From Eledone cirrhosa (taxonomy: Eukaryota), in assembly GCA_964016885.1 (NCBI GenBank), contig OZ024752.1, forward strand, positions 41,912,001 to 41,976,000: DNA of 64,000 bases, given 5' to 3'. The notes below the pieces were generated by a model. It worked only from the letters and a program-made list of their open reading frames with translations. It was not told the DNA's origin and made no database searches. Positions 11,901 to 25,700 of this stretch are shown in pieces; position 1 is the stretch's first letter, and each line of letters starts with the position of its first letter. Position numbers and translations under genes: made by a program.

Positions 11901-14900
11901 GTATAGTTTCTAAGGCTAGATTCCCTTCCTACCACTGACATCTTTGTAGTGTTTACTTGTTGCATTTTATCATAGCACCATCACTAGAAAAGTTGTCACA
12001 CTTGAAACAAGACTAAACAGAGTTCTTTTTACACTATATTTTTCCTGTTTATTCACCATCACTAAAGAGATTAAGGTGTCCCTAACAAAACTAAACAGGG
12101 TTCTTTTTACACTACATTTTTCCTGTTTATTCACCATCACTAAAGTGATTGAGGTGTCCCCAACAAAACAGGTTTTTTTATATGCTATATTGAGCCTATT
12201 TAATCACCATCACCAGAGATTGAGGTGTCTCCAACAAAACTAAACAGGGTTTTTCTATGCTATATTATGCCTGTTTATTCACCATCACTAAAGAGGTTGT
12301 CACACACCCTCAACAAAACCAAAGAGTCCCTCATCCCTGAGTTATCACCATTCACCCCCCCCCCCCCCCATAACTGAAGCCTCCAAAATTACTCACCATT
12401 CGGAACTTTCTCACAGTACTATTGCCAAAGCCAGTGAATAATATTCTAGGGTTTGTAGTCACAGATATAGCTTCATTCATTAACCTGAAATAAAACAAAT
12501 TAGATTGTAAATACATGAAACTGCAGAAGCCTGTTGTTGTATCATCATCATCATCATTTTACGTCCACTTTTCCCTGCTTGCAAGGGTGGGACGGGAACT
12601 GATTCTGGCTTGATTTCTACAGCTGGATGTCCTTCCTAACACCAACCCCATTTACAGTGAGTGCTGGGTGCTTTTTTGCCGTGGCACCTCCATGACCACT
12701 TTGCAGTGGAATGATATGGACCCCAGTCCCTATCATCTCATTTCTACAGCTGAGTAAACTGGAGCAATGTGAAATAAAGTGTCTTGCTCAAGGAAACAAC
12801 ACATCACCCGGTCTGAGAATTGAACTCACAACCTTTCAATTGCAAGCCCAATGCTCTAACCACTAAGCCATATGCCTCCATATATATATATATAAATGAC
12901 TTCTACTTCTTCTTAACATGTCATGAATATCATGATAACTACCATCACTGCCACCACCAAATCCATCACTACCATTATCCTCACCACCAACAACAACACT
13001 ATCTCCACTGCCACAATCTAGAACCAATGAGGGAGTCTGCATGCTGTAAAACTTGTTTCTACTTTTGCCACAAGGCCAGCAATTACCCCCAGTTCATTAC
13101 TGGTACTTTAATTTTATCGACCCCCGTAAGGACGAAAGGCAAAGTCAACCTCGGCGGGATTTAAACCCAGACCGTAAAGGGCCGTAACTCCATGCTGCAA
13201 ATCATGGCGTCCAACCTTCTACCAAAACTGCCAATACACTGCCCTAAAAATCATCACCATCATCATCATTATCATTATCTGTCTATAGTAATAGACATTT
13301 GCCCAAAGGTGAAGAGCTCTAGTCACTACTTCTGATCAGATCCGAGAATAGCCCTTAGGACTTTTATTGCATACGGTCTGATCAGATCTGAAGATAGCCC
13401 TTAAAAGAACTGTTGAGGATGGACAGACGAAAGCACAAGTTGAAAGGACGAAGCCAAGGCGAGATGTAAATTCGATCAGCTATTTATTTTCACATGAAGC
13501 GACGATACGAGGTACAAGGCGTGTGTGAGTGACAAAGCGTGGCAGAGTAAAGGAACAACGATGCGTGAAGGATTGAAAGCAGAACCACATGGTTGTGTGT
13601 GAAACAGATTCTTAGTCAGACCCCTTCAGCTGAATTAAATTACTTAAACTATTTCACAAACCTTGCCCTCTTTTTGGCTGAAACATCAATATCAGCTGCC
13701 AGGGAATTAGTCATCTCATCTTCGATAATATTTTCATGGGATATCAGATTTCTTTTAGGTACAGAGGTAAATTTCTGTGGAAGAAGAAGAAATAACAAAC
13801 AAATGAAGATGTGTGAATGTTAGAGAGAAATGAAGTGGACATGGTTCAATGGATGTGTCAATGTTACAGAGAAATGAAGTGGACATGGTTCAGTGGATGT
13901 GTGACATTAGAGAAATCAAGTGGACATGCTTCAATGGATGTGTGAATGTTAGAGAGAAATGAAGTGGTCATGGTTCAGTGGATGTGTGAATGTTAGAGAG
14001 AAATGAAGTGGTCATGGTTCAGTGGATGTGTGAATGTTAGAGAGAAATGAAGTGGTCATGGTTCAGTGGATGTGTGAATGTTAGAGAGAAATGAAGTGGA
14101 CATGGTTCAGTGGATGTGTGAATGTTAGAGAGAAATGAAGTGGTCATGGTTCAATGGATGTGTGAATGTTAGAGAGAAATGAAGTGGACATGGTTCAGTG
14201 GATGTGTGAATGTTAGAGAGAAATGAAGTGGTCATGGTTCAATGGATGTGTGAATGTTAGAGAGAAATGAAGTGGTCATGGTTCAGTGGATGTGTGACTG
14301 TTAGAGAGAAATGAAGTGGACATGGTTCAGTGGATGTGTGAATGTTAGAGAGAAATGAAGTGGTCATGGTTCAGTGGATGTGTGAATGTTAGAGAGAAAT
14401 GAAGTGGTCATGGTTCAGTGGATGTGTGAATGTTAGAGAGAAATGAAGTGGTCATGGTTCAGTGGATGTGTGAATGTTAGAGAGAAATGAAGTGGTCATG
14501 GTTCAGTGGATGTGTGAATGTTAGAGAGAAATGAAGTGGTCATGGTTCAGTGGATGTGTGAATGTTAGAGAGAAATGAAGTGGTCATGGTTCAGTGGATG
14601 TGTGAATGTTAGAGAGAAATGAAGTGGTCATGGTTCAGTGGATGTGTGAATGTTAGAGAGAAATGAAGTGGTCATGGTTCAGTGGATGTTTGAATGTTAG
14701 AGAGAAATGAAGTGGTCATGGTTCAGTGGATGTGTGAATGTTAGAGAGAAATGAAGTGGTCATGGTTCAGTGGATGTGTGAATGTTAGAGAGAAATGAAG
14801 TGGACATGGTTCAATGGATGTGTGAATGTTAGAGAGAAATGAAGTGGACATGGTTCAATGGATGTGTGAATGTTAGAGAGAAATGAAGTGGTCATGGTTC

Positions 14901-17872
14901 AGTGGATGTTTGAATGTTAGAGAGAAATGAAGTGGTCATGGTTCAGTGGATGTGTGAATGTTAGAGAGAAATGAAGTGGTCATGGTTCAGTGGATGTGTG
15001 AATGTTAGAGAGAAATGAAGTGGACATGGTTCAATGGATGTGTGAATGTTAGAGAGAAATGAAGTGGACATGGTTCAATGGATGTGTGAATGTTAGAGAG
15101 AAATGAAGTGGACATGCTTCAATGGATGTGTGAATGTTAGAGAGAAATGAAGTGGACATGGTTCAATGGATGTGTGAATGTTAGAGAGAAATGAAGTGGA
15201 CATGCTTCAATGGATGTGTGAATGTTAGAGAGAAATGAAGTGGACATGGTTCAATGGATGTGTGAATGTTAGAGAGAAATGAAGTGGACATGCTTCAATG
15301 GATGTGTGAATGTTAGAGAGAAATGAAGTGGACATGGTTCAATGGATGTGTGAATGTTAGAGAGAAATGAAGTGGACATGGTTCAATGGATGTGTGAATG
15401 TTAGAGAGAAATGAAGTGGACATGGTTCAATGGATGTGTGAATGTTAGAGAGAAATGAAGTGGACATGGTTCAATGGCTGTGTGAATGTTAGAGAGAAAT
15501 GAAGTGGACATGCTTCAATGGATGTGTGAATGTTAGAGAGAAATGAAGTGGACATGGTTCAATGGATGTGTGAATGTTAGAGAGAAATGAAGTGGACATG
15601 CTTCAATGGATATGTGACTGTTACTGAGAAATGAAGTGGTCATGGTTCAGTGGTTGTGTGAATGTTAGAGAGAAATCAAGTGGTCATGGTTCAGTGGATG
15701 TGTGAATGTTAGAGAGAAATCAAGTGGTCATGGTTCAGTGGATGTGTGATGTTAATAAGGTACATGAATGGCAAAGAATGGATGAGCTGAGAAAATAAAC
15801 TGAGCATAAGAGGAATCAGATGTAGTGTATAACAGAGGAGACTGTGCTGGTATAGACATATTATTCATATGGATCATAAGCATATTACTCCTATCATTTT
15901 GGGGTGCGAAGACGTTCATCGTTTTCTCACAAAAATGACTAAATTTTCTGACAATTTTTGGGGAGGAGTGCAGCTGGACCCCCACACACTCCCAGCTGCA
16001 CTCCCACACACTCCCAGCAGTACACCAGTGTCATTGGGTGAAGAAGTGTCAAGCAATCCAAATGGAAGGAAGCTGCAGTAGAGGAAGACCAAGGAAAACC
16101 TGGTCAGAAGTTGTAAGAGCAGATCTCAAAACTAGATAGACACGGGGATATGGTGTCCCTGTTCTAAACTGGATAGACACGGGGATAGTGTCCCTATTCT
16201 AAACTGGATACACACAGTGATACGGTATCCCTATTCTAAACTAGATACACACAGAGATATGGTATCCCTATTCTAAACTGGATACACACAGGTGGTATGC
16301 TTATTCTAAGCTGGATACACATTAAAACATAAAATGAAGTAAAAGCTTACCTTCCAGACATCTCGAGATATTTTAAGTGGAGTACACCAACCAACTGAAA
16401 TAAAAAGAAAAAACAGTAGTATCAAATTATAATTTATGTACTGCATAACTCAGTCAGTAGAGCATCAAACATTTAAATTAAACTTTCACTTCCAATTTTC
16501 ATTATGAAAATATTTTAGACCTGCATGTATATCAAACCACTTGAAACCACCCTTGGTTCTACAATACTAAGCTTAGTATTTTAAAATGTTTATATTTATC
16601 TAAAAATTTTCTATTATATAAATGACCAGCGATTCTTTCCTGAGACATTCTAACCACATGCCTATAGTATCGGAACTGTGATCTCTCAATTCGGAGAAGT
16701 AGTGGCTCCACCTGGAATGTAAATCTATATATCTTAATATATAAAAGTAAATGCCAGAATGTTTAACCCTTTAGCATTTAAACCAGCCATATCCGGCCAG
16801 AATTTTTTCACCTCTTTCTGTTCAAACCAGCTACAACTAGCCGCTCACACTGATGTTAAGGTATTGTTCTCAAAATAAATAATATCAAAATCTCATAGAT
16901 TCGATATTATGTAGAGATAAAGCCTTTACTGCAAAAATACAATAGTATATATAGAGTAATGTAAATGCTAAAGGGTTGAAGTTGTAGGTCACAATTCTGC
17001 ACCTAGGTAGCCAAAATTCAGCATAGACACACATCTTTTTAAAGAGGTTATACATAGACTATATGAATATTTTAATATAATGTTCAAGTTATTCTTACCC
17101 ATGAGATGAGATACTCTGTTAAGATCTAATTTGAAAGGATCTGATAGATTTAGTTGGAGATATTTAGAAGGAACAGGAAGTCTCAAAGCATCAAGGTCAC
17201 CCAATACTAAATCTATCAACCACTGTGGGTTTACAACTGATACATGCCATTCCTTGGCTTTCTCAAACTTTAATCCTTCTGGCCTAAAACAGAAAGGAAA
17301 AAAAATATAGTAAATAAAAATAAGAAAGTACAGTAAATAAAAATAAGAAAGTACAATGAATAAAAATACAGTTTAATGCTTGATATAGTAGGAAAAGAGT
17401 TTTTACTTTTCGGACACTAGTCCTTCATCAGAAGATAGAATGAGAAATAAAAGATGAAATAGAATGATAGAGAGTAAGAAGAGGAAGGACCGGTAAATAC
17501 ATTTTTGAGAGAAAACATGTGTGAATATATATATGGATGAGCTGAGAAAATAAACTGAGCATAAGAGCATATATATATGTAAAAGTTCTATTTAAATTGT
17601 TGGGATACAACAAGTAAATATTTTTATAACTGATATAAAGCACTCAACAAATAATTGGAGTAAGGGTATGTCAATATTTATTTATAAAACTGTTTTATAT
17701 TATATTTTATCTGATGAGAGCACACCATAATTTAACTTGGTGTCCTTGAAATATGTATAATGAAATAAATATGGTTTTATAAATATAGTTTCCATTTGTT
17801 AATCCATATCGTATATATATATATATATATATATGAATACATATATATATATATATATATATATGGAGGCAC

Positions 17873-17907
<35 letters not shown>

Positions 17908-18085
17908 TATATGGAGGCACATATCATTCCACTGCAAAGTGGTCGTGGAGGTGCCACGGCAAAAAAAGCACCCAGCACTCACTGTAAATGAGGCTGGTGT
18001 TAGGAAGGGCATCCAGCTGTAGAAATCAAGCCAGAATCAATTCCTGTCCCACCCTTGCAAGCAGGGAAAAGCTGACGTAAAATGA

Positions 18086-18128
<43 letters not shown>

Positions 18129-18796
18129 TGTAGTAAAGGTTTGGTAGAAATATCCAAGTGTAAGAGCACTCAGTCCATAGGAGGAGTTTAGTATGAATAA
18201 TTACAACAGTCACATAAACAGGTACTTAAGTTTCGTTAGGGTTCTGGACCCTAACTTATTCAGCCTGTCATATTTTCCTATGACAGGCTGAATGAATTGG
18301 GGTCCAGAACCCTAACGAAACTTAAGTACCTGTTTATGTGACTGTTGTAATTATTTGTATATATATATCATTTCATTTTACATCCGCTTTTCCCTGCTTG
18401 CAAGGGTGGGACGGCAACTGATTTTTGGCTTGATTTCTACAGCTGGATGCCCTTCCTAATACCAACCTCATTTACAGTGAGTGCTGGGTGATTTTTTGCC
18501 ATGGCACCTCCACGACCACTTTGCAGTGGAATGATATGGACCCCAGTGCCTATCATCTCATTTCTACAGCTGAGTAAACTGGAGCAATGTGAAATACAGC
18601 GTCTTGCTCAAGGAAACAACACATCACCTGGTCTGAGAATGGAACTCACAACCTTTCGATTGCAAGGCCAATGCTCTAACCACTAAGCCATGTGCCTCCA
18701 TATATGTATAGGTTGTTCCAAAAAAATATATACACACTTTAACAGCATTCTAATAAATATGTGTACACATTTTTTGGGACACCTTGTGTGTGTGTG

Positions 18797-18827
<31 letters not shown>

Positions 18828-21800
18828 TCATGTCTGTTGAAACAGGACTGATCTGTGTCTGAACAACACGAACAACATGCAAACACAAAGAAAGAAAGCA
18901 AAGAGCTACTAACTTTTTACAAACCAACACAGAATTACAATGTGTTAAGTAACCAGTGTATTTGGCACCAATGGCATGGATCATCTGCTTTACTCTCTGT
19001 CTTTCTTCTCCATCAAAGTTTGTCAGTGTAATAATCTTTAATACAAATATACAAACACCACATCGTTAATATATTGATAATATAGTAATAGTTTAATAGC
19101 TTAACCCTTTAGCATTGAAACTGCTGTACCCTCCGGCCAGAATTCTCTCACCTCTCTGTTCAAACTGACTGTAACCAGCCACTCATACTGATGTCAAGGT
19201 ACTGTTCGCAAAATAAATAATATCAAAATCTAGATTCGATATTATGTGAGATAATTATGTAAGATAAAGCCTTTACCACAAAAATATAATAGTATATATA
19301 GATTAATGTAAATGCTAAAGGGTTAACACAAACATTATATATCAAATATAATTGTTTCTACTTTAGGCACAAGGCCAGCAATTACCCAGTGCATTACTGG
19401 TACTTTATTTTATAGACCCCGTAAGGATGAAAGGCAAAGTCAACCTCGGCGGGATTTGAACTCAGATCGTACAGGGACGTAACTATGCTGGAAAGCATGG
19501 CGTCCGACCCTCTACCGATACTGCCAATCCACCGCCCTATATATCAAATATAATAGATAGTAATGTACTATTACTATCTATTATAGTAAAGCTGGTGTTT
19601 CTGTTGTGTAAAAAGTCTGTCACGCTGTGTGCGTGTGTGTGTCTAATACTGGGGTTGATTCTTCCTGTATCTCTGTTTCTCTGAAAGGGGATGGCAGCTG
19701 TGTGCGTATGTGTGTCTAATACTGGGTTGATTCTTCCTGTATCTCTGTTTCTCTGGAAGAATTCTGTTATGTTTAGATCTATTGAGTGATGGGTTCTGCC
19801 AGGTTTAAAGCCCAAGACAGAACGAGTTCAGGGCCCATGAAGGGATTAGCTATACACCATGCCAGCCATATTTGGGGTATTTTAAGCCTGACGGAGCCCA
19901 ACCAATTTCTTTGAGAAAAACAGAGGAAGAATCAATCCCAGTACAAAACTGGTACCAGATTTATCAACTACGAAAGGTCATATACTACAACAGAACATTA
20001 TTAGAGACCACACACCAGCGGTGGATTGGCAGTATCGGTAGAGGGTCGGAAGCCATGCTTTCCAGCATAGTTACGTCCCTTTACGATCTGAGTTCAAATC
20101 CCGCCGAGGTTGACTTTGCCTTTCATCCTTACGGGGTCGATAAAATAAAGTACCAGTAATGCACTGGGTAATTGCTGGCCTTGTGCCTAAAGTAGAAACA
20201 ATTATTAGAGACCACACGCCAACAACGGAATATATTTAGGGATCACATCACATATGAACAACTGAACATATTTAGGGACCAGAAAACATCACTCAACATT
20301 TCATTTTATGTCCGCTTTTTCCCTGCTTGCAAGGGTGGGACGGGAACTTATTCTGGCTTGATTTCTACAGCTGGATGCCCTTCCTAACACCAACCTCATT
20401 TACAGTGAGTGCTGGGTGCTTTTTTACCGTGGCACCTCCACGACCACTTTACAGTGGAATGATAGGGATCCCAGTCCCTATCATCTCATTTCTACAGCTG
20501 AGTAAACTGGAGCAATGTGAAATAAAGTGCCTTGCTCAAGGAAACAACACATCACCCGGTCTGAGAATTGAACTCACAACCTTTTGATTGCAAGGCCAAT
20601 GCTCTAACCACTAAGCCATGTGCCTCCATCACTAGAGACTACAAATCTTTAACAAAACATTTACTTACTTGATTACTGCAAGGTTTCTTATCACCATAGA
20701 TGATTGGGAGATGGATCACTTGGCAAGGAGGGAACATTTTCTTTTTAACTAACACATCGTTTAACCAGTATGCAGTTACTACCCTCTTCTGGTCTCGGAG
20801 AGCCTGTTAATAGATGTGTCAAGAAATGGGACAATGATATATCATCATCATCATCATCATCATCATCACCGTTTTACGTCCGTTCTTCCACGCTAGCATG
20901 GGTTAGACGGGTTGTCCTGTTGTGGGCAGTGTCTGGTCGGCTGACCATGCCTTGCTCATACAGGAACTGATCTGGCTTGATTTCTACAGCTGGATGCCCT
21001 TCCTAACACCAACCTCATTTACAGTGAGTGCTGGGTGCTTTTTCGTGGCGCCTACACGTCCACTTTACAGTGTGGGCTGGGTGCTTTTTTGCCGTGGCAC
21101 CTCCACGACCACCTTGCGGTGGGGGGGGGGGGGGGGGGGGCATATTGTTTATATGCTTCAGCATGTACCCATGGGAGGTCGGGTACCCTGTATTACTGCG
21201 TGACGCCAGAAGTCACGGTCGTGTGTCATTGACTTTGAGAGGTGTAGTTGGGTAAGGTCGGCTTTTATCACCTCATCCCAAGTCATCTTGGGTCTCCCCA
21301 CTCCGCGGTTTCCATCAACTTCTAGTGCTCTGCACCTTTTTATGCAGCTGTCATCCTTCATACGCATCACATGTCCATACCAGCGTAACCGCCTCTCCTG
21401 CACGCAGCATTTGATTCCTCTTATGCTCAGTCTCTCTCTCAATTCATTTATGCTTTGTCGTTCACGTATATTACTGTTACACATCCATCGGAGCATGCAG
21501 GCTTCGTTTCTCTCTAATCTACGTAAGTCTTCCACCTTCAGCGCCCAGGTCTCACTACCATGCAACATCGCTGTTCGGATACACGCATCATACAGTCTGC
21601 CTTTCATTCTGAGGGAGAAGCCTTTTGCAGCTAGCAGTGGTAGTAGTTCCCTAAACTTCTTCCATCCCGTTCTTACCCTAGTTATTGTACTTTCTGAGCA
21701 CCCACCTCCGTTGCTAATTCGGTCACCTAGGTAGCAGAAGCTGTCTACTGTTTCTACAGGGCCCTCCCAGAGATTGGTGGTACTTGTTTCCTGTGGCTGT

Positions 21801-22667
21801 TTGCTTGCTGTTTCAGCACAGCTGCTGCATGTGAATCCTACATTCTTAATTAAGCTTCCTGAGATCCCGCTACATCTCTTGTGTACCCATTGTTTGCATT
21901 TGGGGCAAAGAATGGAGTTCCTACCTACACCTTTCCTACATACTGAGCAAGGCCATTTCCCTGAGGGGATCTGGGTTCTGTTTTCTCGTCTACTTATAAG
22001 GACCTTAGTCTTTGTCATGTTGACTTTGAGGCCCTTTCTCTCTAGTCCCTGCTTCCAGGTTTGGAATTTATTCTCTAGTTCTACCATAGATTCAGCTATG
22101 AGTGCGAGGTCATCAGCATACAGGAGTTCCCATGGGCATCCGGTCTTAAACTCCTCCGTTATTGCCTGCAGGACTATGATGAACAGGAGAGGGCTAAGAA
22201 CAGAGCCCTGGTGGACCCCAACCTGTACGCTAAATTCCTCGCTATACTCATTGCCAATCCTAACTTTGCTGACTGCTCCCCTATACATGGCTTGTACCGC
22301 TTTCACAAGCCATTCATCTACTCCTAGTTTTCTAAGAGCCCACCAGATTACTGCACGTGGAACTCTGTCAAAGGCTTTCTCAAGGTCGACAAATGCCAAG
22401 TAGAGTGGCTTACTTTTAGCTAGGTACTTTTCCTGTAATTGCCTCACAAGGAAGAGCGCATCAGTGGTGCCTTTCCCTGGAACAAACCCAAATTGCATCT
22501 CGTCTATATTCACCCGGTCCCTAATCAGCTGTGCTATAACTCTTTCTGTTACTTTCATGACCTGGTCCATCAACTTTATACCTCTATAGTTTCCTCTATC
22601 TAGTGCATCGCCTTTACCTTTGTAGCAGTTGACAATGATGCTACTGCACCAATCTTTTGGTATGGCC

Positions 22668-22728
<61 letters not shown>

Positions 22729-25700
22729 ATATATAACTTACTGCATTCTACTAGTATCAGAGAGTTTGTTAATAGATGTGTCAATAAATGGGACAACAAT
22801 ATATATATATATATGTGTGAATGAAGTAATTCCGTCGGAAAAGTCCAGGAAAAAAGAGTGCTCTATGTAGGTAACAGAGCTTAATAGTTATGTAATAAAC
22901 AACATAAGGCAATTATTCCATTTACCAGTGGTTTCTTAAAAGCAAAAAAAATGTTGCTTTCAATCATCAGAATGAAAAAATCCTGGTCTGTTTATTGAAT
23001 TTGGATTTTAAAAACAAAAATCGTTTTGATTTTTTGTTTTTAAAATCCAAATTCAATAAACAGACCAGGATTTTTTCATTCTGATGATTGAAAGCAACAT
23101 TTTTTTGCTTTTAAGAAACCACTAGTAAATGGAATAATTGCCTTATGTTGTTTATTACATAACTAAATAAATATATATATATATAACTTACTACCCTCAA
23201 ATGGTCTTGGAGAGTTTGTAATAGATGTGTAAATGAATAAGACAGTATGTCAAGAAATGGGACGATATATATATATATATAACTTACTGCACTCTACTGG
23301 TATCAGAGAGTTTGTTAATAGATGTGTCAATAAATGGGACAACAATATCATTTCATCATTTCATTTTACGTCCACTTTTTCCCTGCTTGCAAGGGTGGGA
23401 CGGGAACTGATTCTGGCTTGATTTCTACAGCTGGATGCCCTTCCTAACACCAACCTCATTTACAGTGAGTGCTGGGTGCTTTTTTGCCGTGGCACCTCCA
23501 CGACCACTTTGCAGTGGAATGATAGGGACCCCAGTCCCTATCATCTCATTTCTACAGCTGAGTAAACTGGAGCAATGTGAAATAAAGTGTCTTGCTCAAG
23601 GAAACAACACATCACCTGGTCTGAGAATTGAACTCACAACCTTTCGATTGCAAGGCCAATGCTCTAACCACTAAGCCATGTACCTCCATATATATTTATA
23701 TATATATATATATATAACTTACTACCCTCAAATGGTCTCGGAGAGTTTGTAATAGATGTGTAAATGAATAAGACAGTATGTCAAGAAATGGGACGATATA
23801 TATAACTTACTGCACTCTACTGGTATCAGAGAGTTTGTTAATAGATGTGTCAATAAATGGAACAACAATATATATTTATATATATATATATAACTTACTA
23901 CCCTCAAATGGTCTCGGAGAGTTTGTTAATAGATGTGTCAATAAATGGAACAACGATATATATGTATATATAACCTACTACCCTCAACAGGTCTCGGAGA
24001 ATTTTGTTATACCGGAATTTCACCGTATAAACGATAACATAATAGAACTTACCAAACAGAATACGATGCTAAAATATATGGAAGCACTGAAGTGCTAATT
24101 AGGGTTACAATATCTAATATAAATGATCAGAGAAGCATGGCACACACATATATAGAGATATAAATAAACAATAAACATAATAGAACTTACCAAATGGAAT
24201 ACGTCACTCTGCTGACTGGCACACAGAACATGAGTGATACGGTTGGAGTAGGAATTGTCAACTTGACCACCACGCTGTTCTATAATCTATAAAAAAGAAA
24301 ACATATCAATCACAACTGAGTTTATATGACGTCTGTCAACTTGTTATCGAGTATCATAACCTCTTATGGCTCTTCTTCTTTTCCGTTAACCCTTTAGTTA
24401 CCAACCCAACCAAAACTAGCTCTGGTTTGTATGAAGTAAAAACCATCCATTTTAAAGGTTTTCAAGGGAAATGCATTGAGTATGTGTGTACAGTGTACCC
24501 CGGCATTCGAAGACCCGACATTGGCGGAATTTTTCTTAGCACCTAACTAATAATTGTTTGTGAAAACCCCTGTATATTCGCGCAATTGTAAATATCTTCT
24601 GCAATTTTTTTTATGGCTTTTTCATGGCAATATATATATTTTTCACGCTATCCCTTTTAAAGGTTTCCAAGGGAAATACATTGTGTATGTGTGTACAGTG
24701 TAACCCCAGCATTCACAGAATTTTTCTTAGAACCTAACTAATAATTTTTTGTGGAAACCAGTGCACATTCGCAGAATTGTAAATATGTTCCGCCATTTTT
24801 TAAGGGCCTTTTTTGTGGTAATATATATTTTTTCATACTTTTTAACGCTAAATTATTAATAACAATATACCGTATTTGCCGGCCGTATTTGTTATGTTTT
24901 GATGTCTATAGGCATTTTTATGGAACTATGTCCAATATTCGCAGTTTTTCACTCTTCACAGGTGCTCTAAGGACGTAACTCCTGCGAATATGGGGGGGGG
25001 GGGGACAACAGTATATGCTGTGTGTGTAAAAATTTAAGGAGTTATAGACAGATGTCATCATCGTTTAGCGTCCATTTTTCCATGCCAGCATGGGTTAGAC
25101 AAGTTGTTCCATTTTGAGACTAGTCAGATCAGATGACCATGTTTTGCTTATACAGAACTGATTTTGGTTTGGTTTGGTTTCTACGACTAGATGCCCTTCC
25201 TAATACCAACCACATTTGCAGTGCATACTGGGTGTTTTTGTTAAAAACAAAAGTAAATATTACCTGTTTCCAGTTTGCAACTGGTTCAGACCCAAGTATT
25301 TTGTGATAATCTGTGATATAGAACACACAGCCTAACAAAGGGAGCTCAGCAGTGACTGAAAAATAGAGAAATATTAAATATAAGTTCAATACGAAGATTA
25401 TCTCTTAACATTTTACAATATAACAAGAAAATATTTAAAAGCAAGTGTGTTAATTCAAATGTTTTATAGTATATTTACTAACAAGTCAAACAGATTGTTG
25501 TGAAAATTTGTAATATTAAAGTAAAGAATTCAGTTTTTAATGTGTTGTCATATTGTTTGGTATTTTTCAAGAATGTTGTTTCATGTGGTTTTTTAATTGA
25601 AATGTTTATAGTATCCTTACTAGCAAATAGATTGTTGTGAAAATTTACATACATTAATATCAAGATAGTTATATTACTAAACTAGCAAAAGAGCCCGTTG

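Larger units (their letters stand above)
22736..24010 (-). repeat. About 7 dispersed copies of the PAXIP1 intron 9/exon 10 junction
   Basis: Match to 20776-20840 (ttactaccctc..ggtctcggagag..tgttaatagatgtgtcaa..aaatgggac). Confidence 0.8.

Noticed and set aside
13806-15750. CRISPR-like appearance of tandem arrays (also 48820-49500, 6200-6735)
   Set aside because: Contiguous repeats without unique spacers, no cas genes, eukaryotic context.
21288-22403. Plus-strand ORFs of 148 and 209 aa
   Set aside because: Antisense shadows of the RTE ORF.
23435-23674. Recurrent [27 protein letters not shown] at many loci
   Set aside because: Antisense reading of the tRNA/CORE SINE, not a gene family.
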